Below are positions 24,551 to 36,725 of a DNA stretch of 64,000 bases, piece by piece. Source of the DNA: Anthoceros angustus (lineage: Eukaryota > Plantae > Anthocerotophyta); the NCBI GenBank assembly GCA_010909165.1, contig MU008165.1, positions 1,364,001 to 1,428,000 of the forward strand, written 5' to 3'. Made by a program: the position numbers and the translations under genes. The notes beneath the pieces were generated by a model. It worked only from the letters and a program-made list of their open reading frames with translations, did no database searches and had not been told where the DNA came from. Position 1 is the first letter of the stretch; each line of letters opens with the position of its first letter.

Positions 24551-27500
24551 AATGACTTGATTGTTGTTGTAGGTTGGAATCCTTCCAATGAATTGTTTAC
24601 TTGTAGCGATGATCAAACTATTTGGCGATGGAGTAGAAATGGTGAACCAATTAATAAAGTAGGTGAACTCTTACATTAGTTTTTCATTTGGTTAAACATA
24701 GCACCATGGGGAAAATTAAATTACAATAAAAATATGTGAAAATTTCCATTCATACATATCTAGAGATTTAGTAACTTGATTAGAGTAATGATAAAACATA
24801 AATGTCGCCACCCAGGTACTTTCATTGGAGACATGTTTCACAGGCGTGCAATGGTTTCCTTCCATATCACATCGAGCTGGCAGTGGGGCTGGTTGTCATG
24901 GTTTTGTGGTTGCCTGCACAAATGGTACTTCTTTGAGGTTTCAACTCTTCAATCTACTAAGAATAAAACAAATTAAAATTTGTATTACTTTTGTGATTTA
25001 TTGTGAACTTGCACTTTCTAGGTGCATTTCACATTGTTGGAAAAATGGGAAGTGAAGAAAAGGTTGAAGCGCATGAAGGAGCTGTCATTAGTTTGCGGTG
25101 GAATTTTGAAGGTGCTATTACTTTTAAATTCTTGTAATGGATAAGACCAACCTTGAAACTTCTAATTCTTGATCATGTTAATACATAGGGACGGCTATTG
25201 CCACTGGAGGAGAAGATGGTTTAGTGAAAATATGGTCTAGTAGTGGGATGCATCGTTCAACTCTTGCGCGTAATGGTAAGGCGTCATTGGTCAACCCATC
25301 TAATGGATATATGTAGCTACACTTCAGTTCTCATAGCTACTCAAATATTTCAAATTTTATGCAGAGAAATCAATCTATGCACTTGCTTGGGGGCCAAAAT
25401 CAGATCAGCTTTTGTTTTCTTGTGGTCCCGACCTCATAATCAAACAAATTCAGGTGTAGACCACAATTTGACTTCAATATCTTGAGTATATAAAGGGTAT
25501 GAATAAACTAGTCTAAACTAATATTATCAGTGTACAATGCGTGTCCACTGATAAATTGCCATGTCCACCATGAATTCATGTTTATTTACAGTCATCATCC
25601 AAGCAAATACAATGGACCGGCCATGATGGTTTGGTTTTGGCAGTGGACTGGAATCTTTTGAATAATTGTATAATATCAGGAGGTGAAGACTCTCACTATA
25701 AGGTCGTAATTGTTTCTAGTTTGATAAATTTCTTCATTATTTGTATGCAAACAAAGGTGCAAAGAATAAACCACTACATACATATGTTATAATTTAAAAT
25801 ATATATTAAGATGCATATTCATAAAAAAATTTAAATTTGTAGGTTTGGGATTGCAATGGGAGGTTATTATACAAAAGCCCCATAACAGGGAGTACGATCA
25901 CCTCTATAGCATGGTGCCCTTCGGGCGAGTACTTTGCTGTCGGCTCCTTCGACTCTATTTTTTTGTGTGATAGAACAGGGGTATACATTATAAACCATCC
26001 CTTATTGGTGAGTTCTTACTTCAAGTGGGTAATATGAACTTAACCTTGGATTATATTGTAGTGGGTGCATTCAAAGGAAAGAGTTCAGAATGGATCATTA
26101 CTCAATATTGCATGGAGCACAGATGGTACACAAATTGCAGGAGCTGCAGGGAGTGGATCAGTCTTGCTATGGCAACTTCTAAATGTGTAAGTTCATATAT
26201 TGTGTTCATATTTTATCATAGTACATAATTGTATAAGTTAAATATATTAGATACTAATTCTCATGTTATATCTCATCCTCGTATAGCTTATAATGTGAGT
26301 CTCATCCTATTTTTTTGTCTGTGTTAGAAATTTTAGGAATAGATCTAATAGTGTCTTATATTATTAAGAGAATTTTATCACCTTTATTTTAAGTTTTATC
26401 TTTGTTTATGGGCCTGAGGTTCTGACATAAACGCTGACGCCAAAAATTTCATGTTGCTTAAAAATATTTTAGGCAAGTACAATGGGGCAGGATTCTAGCT
26501 ACTCTTGATGATTCAAAGAGAATACAAATCCAGGTGGAGTTCAAATTGGTTTCTAATTTATGATACTTTTCTAATATATAAAAAATAAATCCTAAAACTT
26601 ATCCATTTTCAGGATGTTGTAAGCGAGACTTATGAAGAGTTGGATTTTAGAGATCGGGTTGTGAAAATTAATCTGGGTTTTGATCATCTAATTGTTGCAA
26701 CCACAAACCAGGTATCTCATTTCATATATCAAAAACAAATTATGTATAAAACATATTGTAATGGTCACACATGTTATACCAGAATCTTATCTCATTCAAA
26801 CATCATTCTTTTGACATTGAATGCAGTGTTGTATATACTCTACAACAAATTGGAACACTCCACACATATTTGATGTGAAGGACACTGTTCTTCTAATTAA
26901 GCAATGCCAAAGTTATTTTTTGATGGTACTTTGCTTTTCAGGTATGCAAGTTTACAACTATGAGGGACGGCACATATGTAACCCAAAATTTCAAGGTACA
27001 CATGTGAGATGTGTCTACCAACTTTTCTCTTTAAATGTAATGTTCCTAAGAATCTACCTAGGTAACTAAATCAAAATGGATATCATATTATACGACAAAA
27101 TGAGATAAATCTTTGGCAATATGCGACAGGATTGAGGATAGAAACTTTGAATGACCGAAATATTAGCTTGTCTAATGACGTCATAGCTATGGTTGAATCC
27201 CATGACACAAAAAGTAAGCGTCATTGTCGAAACTCATCTTATGGTAATGTTAATCTCTTTGCAAAAAAAATTGACCTAAGATTGGAAATGTATATAGCGG
27301 TTAGGTACCTGGATCCAAATACTGGAAAAGTTGTAGCAGAGTTGCTACGACACGCTTTAGATATTGTAGACATGTGTCTGAGTCAATTGGGCTCATTATT
27401 CACTCGCAAATTGGTGTTCATTGATTGCAACAATGACTTATTCATAACACCGGTGCAGGTGAGGCACTTAAAATTTTGTAATTTGGTCTATTTCTTTGTC

Positions 27501-28900
27501 CTTTTTGCAATCACATTCACGGAGGAACTTGGAATGTTAGAGGCCTATGGTTTTCAAATTAGCAGCTATGGTGGAAACTGCTACATGGAGTGATAGTTTC
27601 GATATTGTAGCAGCAGTTGTAGATCACAAGGTGGTTTTTTGGTATTATCCAGAAGCAGCTTATGTTGACAAGGATCTTCTCGGGTTCATTAAGCTCTCTA
27701 AAGAACGGTAAACTTCGATCAAAAAGAGGTTCTTCTTAAATATTTGGATGGTCTTACTTCACTTTTAAACCTTTTTTGTGCCACCCTTTTAGTCTCATCC
27801 CTATTCTATGTGACAATAGTGTGTTGGGAAAAAACGCAAGAATCCAAAGTTTTCACAAGTCAAGGTGTAACATTAGACTTGCCGACGGGGCCTCGTTTTC
27901 GACCATTGTATCGCCTTCTCCTTTGTTGCTCAGTGACCATGTTGCAGCAAAACAATGGGAGCAAGCTTTGAGCCTTTGCAGATATGTGAAGGTAATACTC
28001 AAAATATTTATATTCTTCCTTTTGATTTCTTAAATCCAATGAATCACTCATTGCTAGAATCTTACATCTTCCGGCATGTTAGGAAAATCTTCTATGGGCA
28101 TGTCTAGCAGGCATGGCAATCAATGCAAGGGAACTAAATATAGCTGAACATGCATACGCCGCTCTTGATGAGGTAGATGTGTGTAATTTGATAAGTTTAT
28201 ATGTAACAGATGTTGTGTAGATGAATTCATGTTGCTTCTTATGTTGTTTAGGTTGATAAAGTGGACTACATTGTCCACCTCAATGGTCTTACCTCGGAGG
28301 AAGCTCGACAAGCGGAGATTGCATTGTTTAAAAGGAGGCCTGAAGAAGCAGAATCTATACTCTTGCAAGCCGGCCTTACATATTATGCAATAAGCATGCA
28401 TCTCAGACTTTTCAATTGGGAGAGGTACTTAATCTTTATTGGAAAAAAAATCACTTTAAAGATAAAGCTAATGCTTTCAATTAGAGTATGTTTCTCGTCT
28501 ATTTATTTAACTCAAAAATAACTTTTTATAATCTTTCATGTTTGATTCAAGCATGTGAGTATATGATTTATCTAATATTATGATCATCATAGAGCTTTAG
28601 AGTTGGCAATGATCTACCAACATCATGTGGACACAGTACTTTGGCATAGACAAAAATATTTGAAAATGACAAAGCAAAATGAAAACAAGTTACAATTCAT
28701 GGAATTGTCACATCAGGTGTTTGTTGAAGCTAATATCATGGTCCTACCAATTAAAATAAGATCCCTAAAATAGTTTCAATATGGTAAATATTAGTACCAT
28801 TAATGTGAAAAAGTCAATAATTATATGTAGTATGCAGGTTGTGATAGACCCAACACTTATACAAGCAAAAATTGCACGAGAAAAGGACAACCAACTTTAG
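24551..28900 (+). CDS. IFT80: Intraflagellar transport protein 80 (WD40); first exon not located
   Basis: [32 protein letters not shown]|[102 protein letters not shown] and FNWER|ALELA..HVDTVL; TAG at 28898-28900. Confidence 0.92.
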
Positions 28901-29033
28901 TATGTAGGCGGCCTTATTGACTCGCTGGTTCATATAAACAAGAAAGTTTTGAAATCGTGGCTAAGTTCCTTCCTGTAACAGAGCTATAAGAACGAAACAG
29001 GGTTGGCGACAACGGTAAGGCAGCTGGCAACGG

Positions 29034-29150
29034 AACGGGGTTAGGTGGCAACGGTATGGCAATAGACCGGAACGGGGTTTGGTGGCAATGGTATGGCAGT
29101 AGACGGGAACGGGGTTAGGTGGCAACGGTATGGCAGTAGACCAGAACGGA
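29034..29150. repeat. 37-bp minisatellite, 3+ units
   Basis: aacggggttaggtggcaacggtatggcartagacsgg starts at 29034, 29071 and 29108, with a partial unit at 29145. Confidence 0.9.
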
Positions 29151-29460
29151 ATTAACATCAGGTGCCCTGTTGGCTTCTAAATAGTTCAATAAATATTAGT
29201 ATGTAGACATTAAGGACATGACGAGTTCTTGGCCAGTTGTAAAACATATAAACACACACATACGAGCTTGATGATATATGATATATTTTTTTACAAATGA
29301 GCACACCTTGCTAGCCATGAAGCCAAGTGATTCAAGATAAAATTCAACCTTGATAGTCTAACCATGTTTCTTGAGGATTCTACCATAGGCTAGCTAGGTT
29401 ATCATACATACCTTATGCTAGTATGTATAACCGCATAAGGACTAACATTAACTATGGTGC

Positions 29461-29622
29461 ATTGACGTCAAATAGTTGGCAGCCATGTGAAAATTGACGC
29501 CAAATAGTTGGCAGGCATGTGAAAGCTGACGTCAAATAGTTGGCAGCCATGTGAAAACTGACGTCAAACAGTTGGCAGCCATATGAAAACTGACGTCAAA
29601 TAGTTGGCAGCCATGTGAAAAC
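29461..29622. repeat. 32-bp minisatellite, 5 units, carrying TGACGTCA and CATGTG motifs
   Basis: (a/c)tgacgtcaaatagttggcagccatgtgaaa with tgac at 29463, 29495, 29527, 29559 and 29591. Confidence 0.92.
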
Positions 29623-29895
29623 TACTAAAGCTGTTTAGGTTTCATGTGAGGACTATGTAAAAACAAATCTCTATATTCAAATTATTGAGCGCCTTGATAA
29701 ATTTCTTATATGAGTCCATCTAGTTAAAGTGGTGTTGGGTAAGCACATTATGTGGTCTATATGCAGATTCTATGCTAGAAAACATATTTCCAGCATATGG
29801 CCCCAATGCAACCTCATCTTCAAACAAGTGCACTTTGTAAGTCAAGAGGCCGTGGCATGTCTGTTCTTAGTGAACTTCAAAAAAGTTTGTTTGTT

Positions 29896-29968
29896 TGTTT
29901 GTTAGCTCAGTCGGTAGAGTGCAAGGCTTTTAACCTTGTGGTCGGGGGTTGGAACCCCTTCAACCCCC
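29896..29968 (+). tRNA. tRNA-Lys(UUU)-like sequence, probably a pseudogene
   Basis: TAGCTCAGTCGGTAGAGT D-arm/A-box and a perfect CAAGG-CTTTTAA-CCTTG anticodon arm. The T-loop reads TTGGAAC and the acceptor stem does not pair. Confidence 0.6.
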
Positions 29969-30290
29969 CCCTCCCCGGGCGGTGTTGCGCCCTTAGGGGC
30001 TTACGTTACTGTCTGTTCTTTTCTTTTGATAGAAAAAGCTTCACCCCCTTCCCCTTGCTGTTAGGAAAAAGCTCTAACAAAATATGATAAGGAAGACTAG
30101 TGGAAGTAGTAGCTGCTCGATCCCACAAAAAGCTTCCACGGGCCTGGGATCTAGAGTGCGATTCCATATCCATAGAATCGACTACGTGCACCACGTCCCG
30201 TCGAGGGATGTAAAGGCTGTATGACTTGCAGCATAGCAAAATGTGTCACGTGGCTTCCTTGGACTTTGCATTACAACTTCCAAAACATGG

Positions 30291-30675
30291 ACAAGACAAG
30301 ACAAGACAAGACAAGACAAGATAAGATAAGACAAGACAAGACAAGACAAGACAAGACAAGATAAGACAAGACAAGACAAGACAAGACAAGACAAGACAAG
30401 ACAAGACAAGACAAGACAAGACAAGACAAGACAAGACAAGACAAGATAAGACAAGACAAGACAAGACAAGACAAGACAAGACAAGACAAGACAAGACAAG
30501 ACAAGACAAGACAAGACAAGACAAGACAAGACAAGACAAGACAAGACAAGACAAGACAAGACAAGACAAGACAAGACAAGACAAGACAAGACAAGACAAG
30601 ACAAGACAAGACAAGACAAGACAAGACAAGACAAGACAAGACAAGACAAGACAAGACAAGACAAGACAAGACAAG
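30291..30675. repeat. (ACAAG)n pentanucleotide microsatellite, 77 units
   Basis: 385 bp of acaag, with ataag variants at 30321, 30326, 30361 and 30446. Confidence 0.99.
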
Positions 30676-30694
30676 GCATTCAAGGAAGCATATA

Positions 30695-30860
30695 TGTGGT
30701 CACACATTTATAAGAACATGGTTATTAAGCCTCATGCGCTTCAGGGAGAATATGCCCTTGCTGCTAGTAGCTTAGACACACCATGGTACACGTTATCAAG
30801 GACCAAATCCATGATAGAGAAATCAGTCCCATGACCGGAAAATTCCAAGTGGAGTATCAT
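30695..30860 (+). repeat. Dispersed repeat family, copy A
   Basis: catttataagaacatggttattaagc...gcccttgctgctagtagcttagacacaccatggtac matches 43375-43545 (+) and 33285-33410 (-). Confidence 0.7.
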
Positions 30861-31039
30861 AGACTTCTCCTACTTCCTTCCCATATACAGTATATACCAA
30901 ATAGATATACCCGTGCAAAATCACTGTTCGGACAGAGCCGGAGTTGGCACCCGGTCCAATCCGTGACCTCCCAACCCCAAAGCCGGACTCATGACCTAGA
31001 CTGGACGACTTCATTAGTCCGATCCTGTAAGCGTTGATA

Positions 31040-32421
31040 ATGGCAGCCGAGGTGCTGACCCCCGCCTGCTGCGCCCCTCCCACTCCCGTCCTCTACCAAC
31101 CCAAGGGCAAGGAGGACAAAATTCTCGATCTGGAAGCCTACATCACCGGCTCCCCGGACGCCACCAAAGCCGTCATCCTGGCGCACGATATCTTCGGTAA
31201 ACAGCCCGTTGGCTCCGTGTATGCTCCTGTCTGTTGATTCAACTCAGTCCAAGGAAGGTTTCTGCTGGAGCCTCGGCTGACGCTTTTTAGTTGTGGACTC
31301 TGTTTAGGCTGGAAGACTCCGACCTTGAGGTGCGTGTGTGCGTGAGGTGGAATCTATACTTGTTGCAAGATGTAATTTCACATGCATGCCATGCGCATTG
31401 TATGTGGCTTGATGCGAGGCAGAGAGCCGGAGTGCTGATGGCGTTCCACGTGCCCCGGTGTCTCATGCAGACAGCTCGCGGACAGGATTGCCGGGGAGGG
31501 GTTTCTGGTGGTTGTGCCTGATTTCTTCCGGGGGGATGGTGTGGAGGAGCCTGTGGATTTCAAGTCTGAGAGGTTCGGGAAGTGGATCACGCTGCATCAT
31601 CCTGTAAGGCCTGTGAGGGACTGTGGGAGAGTGATGTGACAGAAGGCTACGCAGATTGTGACGCATCTGACAAGATTAACGGGCCCGGGTGGAAACTGCC
31701 TCGGTCAGGTACATTCGATAGACATCGCGAAGCAGCTCATCAAGCTCTTGAAGACGGGAGAGGTTGCTAAGTCAGTCGGAGTTGCCGGCTTCTGCTGGGG
31801 AGGTAAAGCAACAAGTCCGCAACAACAATAACAACAACAACAACAACAACAGTAAGAGCAACAACTTTGGCTTCCTCAACTGAGCTTAACATGGCCTCCA
31901 TTGCATTTGCAGGGAAGGTGGCATTTGCTGTGGCCGCTTCGACTGGAGACGATGCCCCCGGCGCCATCGTGGCGCTGCATCCAAGCCTTCTCCAAGCTGC
32001 AGATTATGAAGGTGATGAATGAATAGCTTAGCTTATTACCAGTGGTCGCTTTAGCACAAGGAGATGGTGCTGCAGTAGCTCATGTTGTTCCTTCCGCTGG
32101 TGGGGTGGTTCAGGGTTGAAGGTGCCGACGTCTATTCTGGCAGCTACCGCAGACGGAGTGGAGGACCACCTGCCCATCCTCGACAAACTCAGGGCTCAGG
32201 TGACACAGTTCTCCCAAATTACAAGTTCCTGTCTCGCTTGTGCATTGCACACTGCGTTCAACACCTGGAGTGGTGGTTTGCAGAAATTGGACATTTTCGT
32301 GAAGATCTTCCCGGAGAAGCATGGATGGACCATGAAGTACGACTCAACGAATGAGAGGGACGTGAAGGCAGCAGAGGAAGCACATGACCTCGCACTGGAG
32401 TGGCTCCAAAGGTATCTTTGA
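31040..32421 (+). CDS. Dienelactone hydrolase family protein
   Basis: CCAPP...LEAYITGSPDATKAVILAHDIFG|WKTPTLR|QLADRIAGEGFLVVVPDFFRGD, nucleophile motif GVAGFCWG|G, HPS and HGWTMKY..AAEEAHDLALEWLQRYL*. One intron contains a (caa)n run. Confidence 0.9.
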
Positions 32422-32739
32422 GTCGCGCTGGGCAGCACCAATTCGTCCCTGCTATTTATACATCAAAATGGGGCAACGCCTACAGACGCATGTGACTGCC
32501 AGTCCGGCCGCCGGGCGGACACTTGTTTGTTACTACCGTATATAATTATTTGTACAAAATACTAACCTGATGATAAAAAAGAATTAAGAAGTCTTTTATA
32601 ATCCATTGGATGGAATTTTTCATTCAATCTATAACGGGAGTTGGTAGTTAACCTCTTATATTATGCTTCTGGTGTGCCTGACCTTTGCAATCGAGAGTCA
32701 CGGGGCCTGGCAAGGCTTTCTCCAGGTTTGTTAGGGCTT

Positions 32740-33410
32740 GTGTCAAGCCTGTGTCTTGAGGCTGGTCTCAACTGCCAAGGATTACCACAGCCCCAGAAAG
32801 GGGTTGGTCTCCTTGTGGCTTCTTCGGGCAAGGGGTGACTTACCACTTCTTGCGGCTGGTCTCCACTGCCAAGGATTACCACAGCCCCAGAATGGGGTTG
32901 GTCTCCATGTGGCTTTCTTGGGCAAGGGGTGTCGACGCGGTGTGCGGTTGGCAGCGAGCACAGGAATGCGGCATCTTCAACAATGGTGGTAGATAGACCC
33001 TTTCATATTCCGAGATGCGGCATCGTCACCATTGTTAGATAGACCCTTTCATATTCGGAGATGCGGCATCTTCAAGACCCGGAGGAGGTTGATGCGGCAT
33101 GGGAGGTAGATGCGGCATCTTCAACACCAGTGGGAGGTAGGCCCTTTCATATCCCGGACCACGACCCTTTCATATCGGACCTTCACCCTTTCATATCCCG
33201 ACCACCACCCTTTCATATCCCGACCACGACCCTTCCACATCCCGGACCCTTCCTATCTCTTTTCTTCAAGATAGTCTCCACGTTCCGTAAGCTTTCGCAC
33301 CGAGGGAATCCACTCCCTCTAGGCACCCCATCTAAGTCACTCGGATGCTTAACAACTATGTTCTTATAAATGTTAAATGTTGGTCTATTTGGCCTAAGCC
33401 ATTTGGACAG
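32740..33410. mobile_element. Repeat-rich, probably non-autonomous element; its right end is dispersed-repeat copy B (minus strand)
   Basis: Direct repeat ctgccaaggattaccacagccccagaa..ggggttggtctcc x2, gatgcggcat x5 and ccctttcatat x6. The reverse complement of 33285-33410 matches 43345-43480. Confidence 0.5.
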
Positions 33411-33841
33411 ACATCCAGTCTCGTTCACACGTGGATCCGGATATTATCCATCACTCTGCCCTTCCCGCCTCGCCCGGTTGGCGGGAATGAGTAGCCCGAG
33501 CGGGTGCGCCCAACCTCTGGCATCTGCAATTGCGCAATTTGGAATCCACTTTTGGCCGCGAAGCTGTGGGTCGGATCGATCGGCTCTGGGGTTGGCGCCT
33601 TCGCGTGTGCTCCGTTGCGCAGCGTTTTTTTTTTCGTTTCTGACGTAGCAGGAAGGAGCAAGAACCAAGCACCATGCTGGGATTGAGATTGGGATTTGGG
33701 GATTTGCCGGCATCCCCGGGGAAGGGGGCGGGATGCTGGTGCTGTGGTGTGGTGGGATTGTTGGCGCATTTCTGATCTCAAGGCTCATTGGGAAATGGGT
33801 GAGGGAGGCAGACTTTGTTTTTTTGTGCTGTGCCGTTCCGG

Positions 33842-35213
33842 GATGATGACATTTGGGGCAGTGGTGTGACTGACAACTCGGCGTTTGGCCCCTGCAATTC
33901 AGCTGATGCGGAGTTGCAAGACCTGTTTGACGATGTCGATACTCTGTATGAGGATCTTTACCAAGATGTTGGCGGGGGAAGGCAGGTGCTGCGGACATCC
34001 ATTCAGGAGGTGATCAATGCGTGGGATGGGGTTTGTGATCTATCGTGTGCTGCGCTCCTGTGGGTGGAGGGTGACGGATTCTTTGCTGTTTTCTCAGATG
34101 GAAGATAGGCTGGATAAACTCACTAAGCGGGATAAGGAGATGGAAGCAAGCATGACGGAGTTGCAACGGCAGGTAGGAGATAAAAGTTTGGCGACAATTC
34201 GGGTGGAAGTTTCTTCTGTGACTGTTGGAAACCACACTGGGACCTTTTTTTCTATTGTTTAACCTGCATGCTGGGTTTGTCAGAATGCGACATTGCAACA
34301 AGAGAAGCAAACGCTCATTCGAAACATCTCTTGTCTCTTCAAGGTATGCCATGGTTTTATTGTTACGCCGGATGCCATGACTGGTTCGAGTGTTCGAGTG
34401 AATTCCAGCAGGGCGTGATGAGAGCGTGTGCTTCCCGTTTTTAGGATCAATGTAAGATTTTTGGCAAAGGGAACAATGGGGTGTGTAAGGACCGGAATGC
34501 AATGTGTGAAGAGACCAGTGGTGAACTGTGTTGCTTGCCGCAGACCGCCCAACTAGAGATAGCAAGGAAAGACAGGAACATCAAGGAACTGCGGGAAGAG
34601 TAGGTTTCCTTCTCTGCGAAGAGTTGTGTATTTCTGAATGCAGACTTGGAGTGCCGTTGGGCTCATTGGGTGCTGTCCGTCTGATGCTGTCAGGAACATG
34701 AGACTTCAGGAGTCTGTAGGGTCTCAGCCATGTGCCACAAACTGTGCTGTCGGGGTTCGAGCTCGTCAGCAAGCTAAACGTGCCGGAAGGGAACCCAGTA
34801 TTACAGGTTCAGGCAATGACATGCATCCCTTGAAAGATACGGATGGTGAGAGGAACCTGGAGAATGGGCGTGCCTCTAAACAGCTCTCTCCCAGTAGGAT
34901 TCAAAAGGGGGTCAGAGTTCGATTTGAAGACGTGCGGTATGACCATATTCCAAGTAGATATCAGGAGCCTGCCAGACAGAGACCTGGAGACGGAAAGAAG
35001 GAATACCCTTCTACACGCAGCCATGAGAACGGCAGAGACGGTAGCATCTCACTACGAGATCAGCACTCTAGGAGAGACCTGGTGGATGAAAATGGGTCCA
35101 GGAAGACGAGGAAAGTCGACCATGACGCTAAAGAAATTGCGACAGATGGATCCAGACCTTCACCTAGGAGGAGAACATCTTATCCTCAACATACACGTCA
35201 CCATGAGCGGTGA
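33842..35213 (+). CDS. Unannotated spliced coiled-coil protein with a FLASH/CASP8AP2 N-terminal-domain-like region; true start codon uncertain
   Basis: Five exons (..34009, 34098-34172, 34284-34343, 34544-34599, 34694-35213) join in frame through GT-AG introns of phases 0,0,0,2, giving ..EDLYQDV..ELQRQ|NATLQQEKQTLIRNISCLFK|TAQLEIARKDRNIKELRE. Confidence 0.75.
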
Positions 35214-35504
35214 TAATTACCTTCACATCCACATCCACTTGATAAGGCACGCGCGGAGTCCCCTACCGGTCAGTCTCCCCATAGTGCCCTTTCGTCATCT
35301 ACGTTACAGTGCAAGCCGTCAGACATTTTTGGCATGCACACAAAGAGGGTTCCATACACACCGCACTGCTGCAAAGAATTTTTGAATCAGGTTTGAATAA
35401 ACCACGACCAAAACTATTAAAAAACTGGTCCTCAGCGAACACAAAGCTAGGCAAGAGTGCAAGCTTAAATCAATCTAGGCCGAAACTTTTATCCCTGGAC
35501 TGGC

Positions 35505-36387
35505 CTAAGCCTTCTCCTTCTTCAGCTTTGACAACTCTCGCCGAACAATGGAGGACCTCTGCAGAAGAAACCACTACAGGCATAAGTCACCGTACCACGA
35601 CTGAGTTACCCCAAGATCTCAGGCTCCGAGTCCATGCACGAAAAACTCACCTTAACACGGGCCACCATCACCTTGTAACGATCAAAGTCGTTCAAGGAAG
35701 CCCGTTGCTTCCTGACGAGAAGCTTTCGTCCCCAAGAGCTAGTTTCCCATTTCCTCGCAACCTCTGTCGATCACACCGAAAAAAATGGACACGGTCAGAC
35801 GGCATTATCGCTTTTTCAACAAAGCCACATAAAGCATAAAAATGAACCCTGAAAAAAAAGCCACCCTACCTTCTGTCTCAATGGCCTTCTTCAGCTCTTT
35901 CTTGTTAGGGTTCCGGGGGATCTCAATTTTGATGTCTGTCAAAGACAACCTCTTGAAATTTATCTGAGTCCTCACAATTTCCGGTGAATCGATCAAAGCC
36001 TGCAGAAAACACAGTCGATGCGAGGATTTCAGCTCACCCCGTGAAACAGGTTGGTCACAACTTCGCGGTCATTGGCATTCAGCTCAGGCTGCATGGAGAT
36101 GTCAGATAAGGCTGCTGTACATACCCGGTTTTGGTCGACCACGTCCACAATGACAACGAGCTTCCCATACTGAGGCCCGTAATTGACGAGGGCCACCCTC
36201 CCAATCTCAACATACCGTCTGAAAGGCTGGAAGCACAACCGCACGCACAGTGATCAACCGTCGCGAAATTCCTCAGATGCGAGCTCACGGCCCCAAGCTT
36301 CCAGCTGCAATCGGATTATCGTGCAAACCTAACGAGCTCGAGAACAGGCATAGACTACGCTGCATCATTAGTGCAAGGACTCACCAT
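35505..36387 (-). CDS. RPL14: 60S ribosomal protein L14
   Basis: ATG-only first exon, then [34 protein letters not shown]|[17 protein letters not shown]|..[20 protein letters not shown]|[17 protein letters not shown]. Confidence 0.97.
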
Positions 36388-36483
36388 GGCGGCAGGCGGA
36401 AGCTCACGCAGGAGCACAACGCAGATATCCGGTCGAAAAAGAACGAGTGTCGGAGCCTGCACCCTTTAAGAGTTAGGGCTCAT

Positions 36484-36492
36484 AAACCCTAA
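36484..36492 (+). promoter_or_regulatory. Telo-box (AAACCCTAA) upstream of RPL14
   Basis: Exact motif about 100 bp upstream of the RPL14 ATG. Telo-boxes are known from plant ribosomal-protein promoters. Confidence 0.55.
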
Positions 36493-36725
36493 ATGCACGA
36501 GAATAAAGCCTTCGTCATATACTGTCCACCCCCTAATTCGGACTGGTTCGGAGTGCCTTTAAAGGTCCCATTAAGGGAGGTGTCCCGATTACATTTGTCC
36601 TATTTAAAAATAATAAAAATCAAAATTGATAATTAAAAATTAAAATAGTCGCTTGAAAGCTAGCACTCTTTCTAAGCAGCATTAAAAAACATGTACTTAT
36701 CATAAAGGAAAAAAGCTTAGCTTAG

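Noticed and set aside
29034-29622. 37-bp and 32-bp arrays as CRISPR
   Set aside because: The units are contiguous with no unique spacers, there are no cas genes, and the context is eukaryotic.
30182-30707. Long ORFs of CLVLS repeats
   Set aside because: They are translations of the (ACAAG)n microsatellite, which has no stops in those frames.
35309-35839. 176-aa plus-strand ORF as a continuation of the FLASH-like gene
   Set aside because: It is antisense to RPL14 exons and introns, with no recognisable motif.
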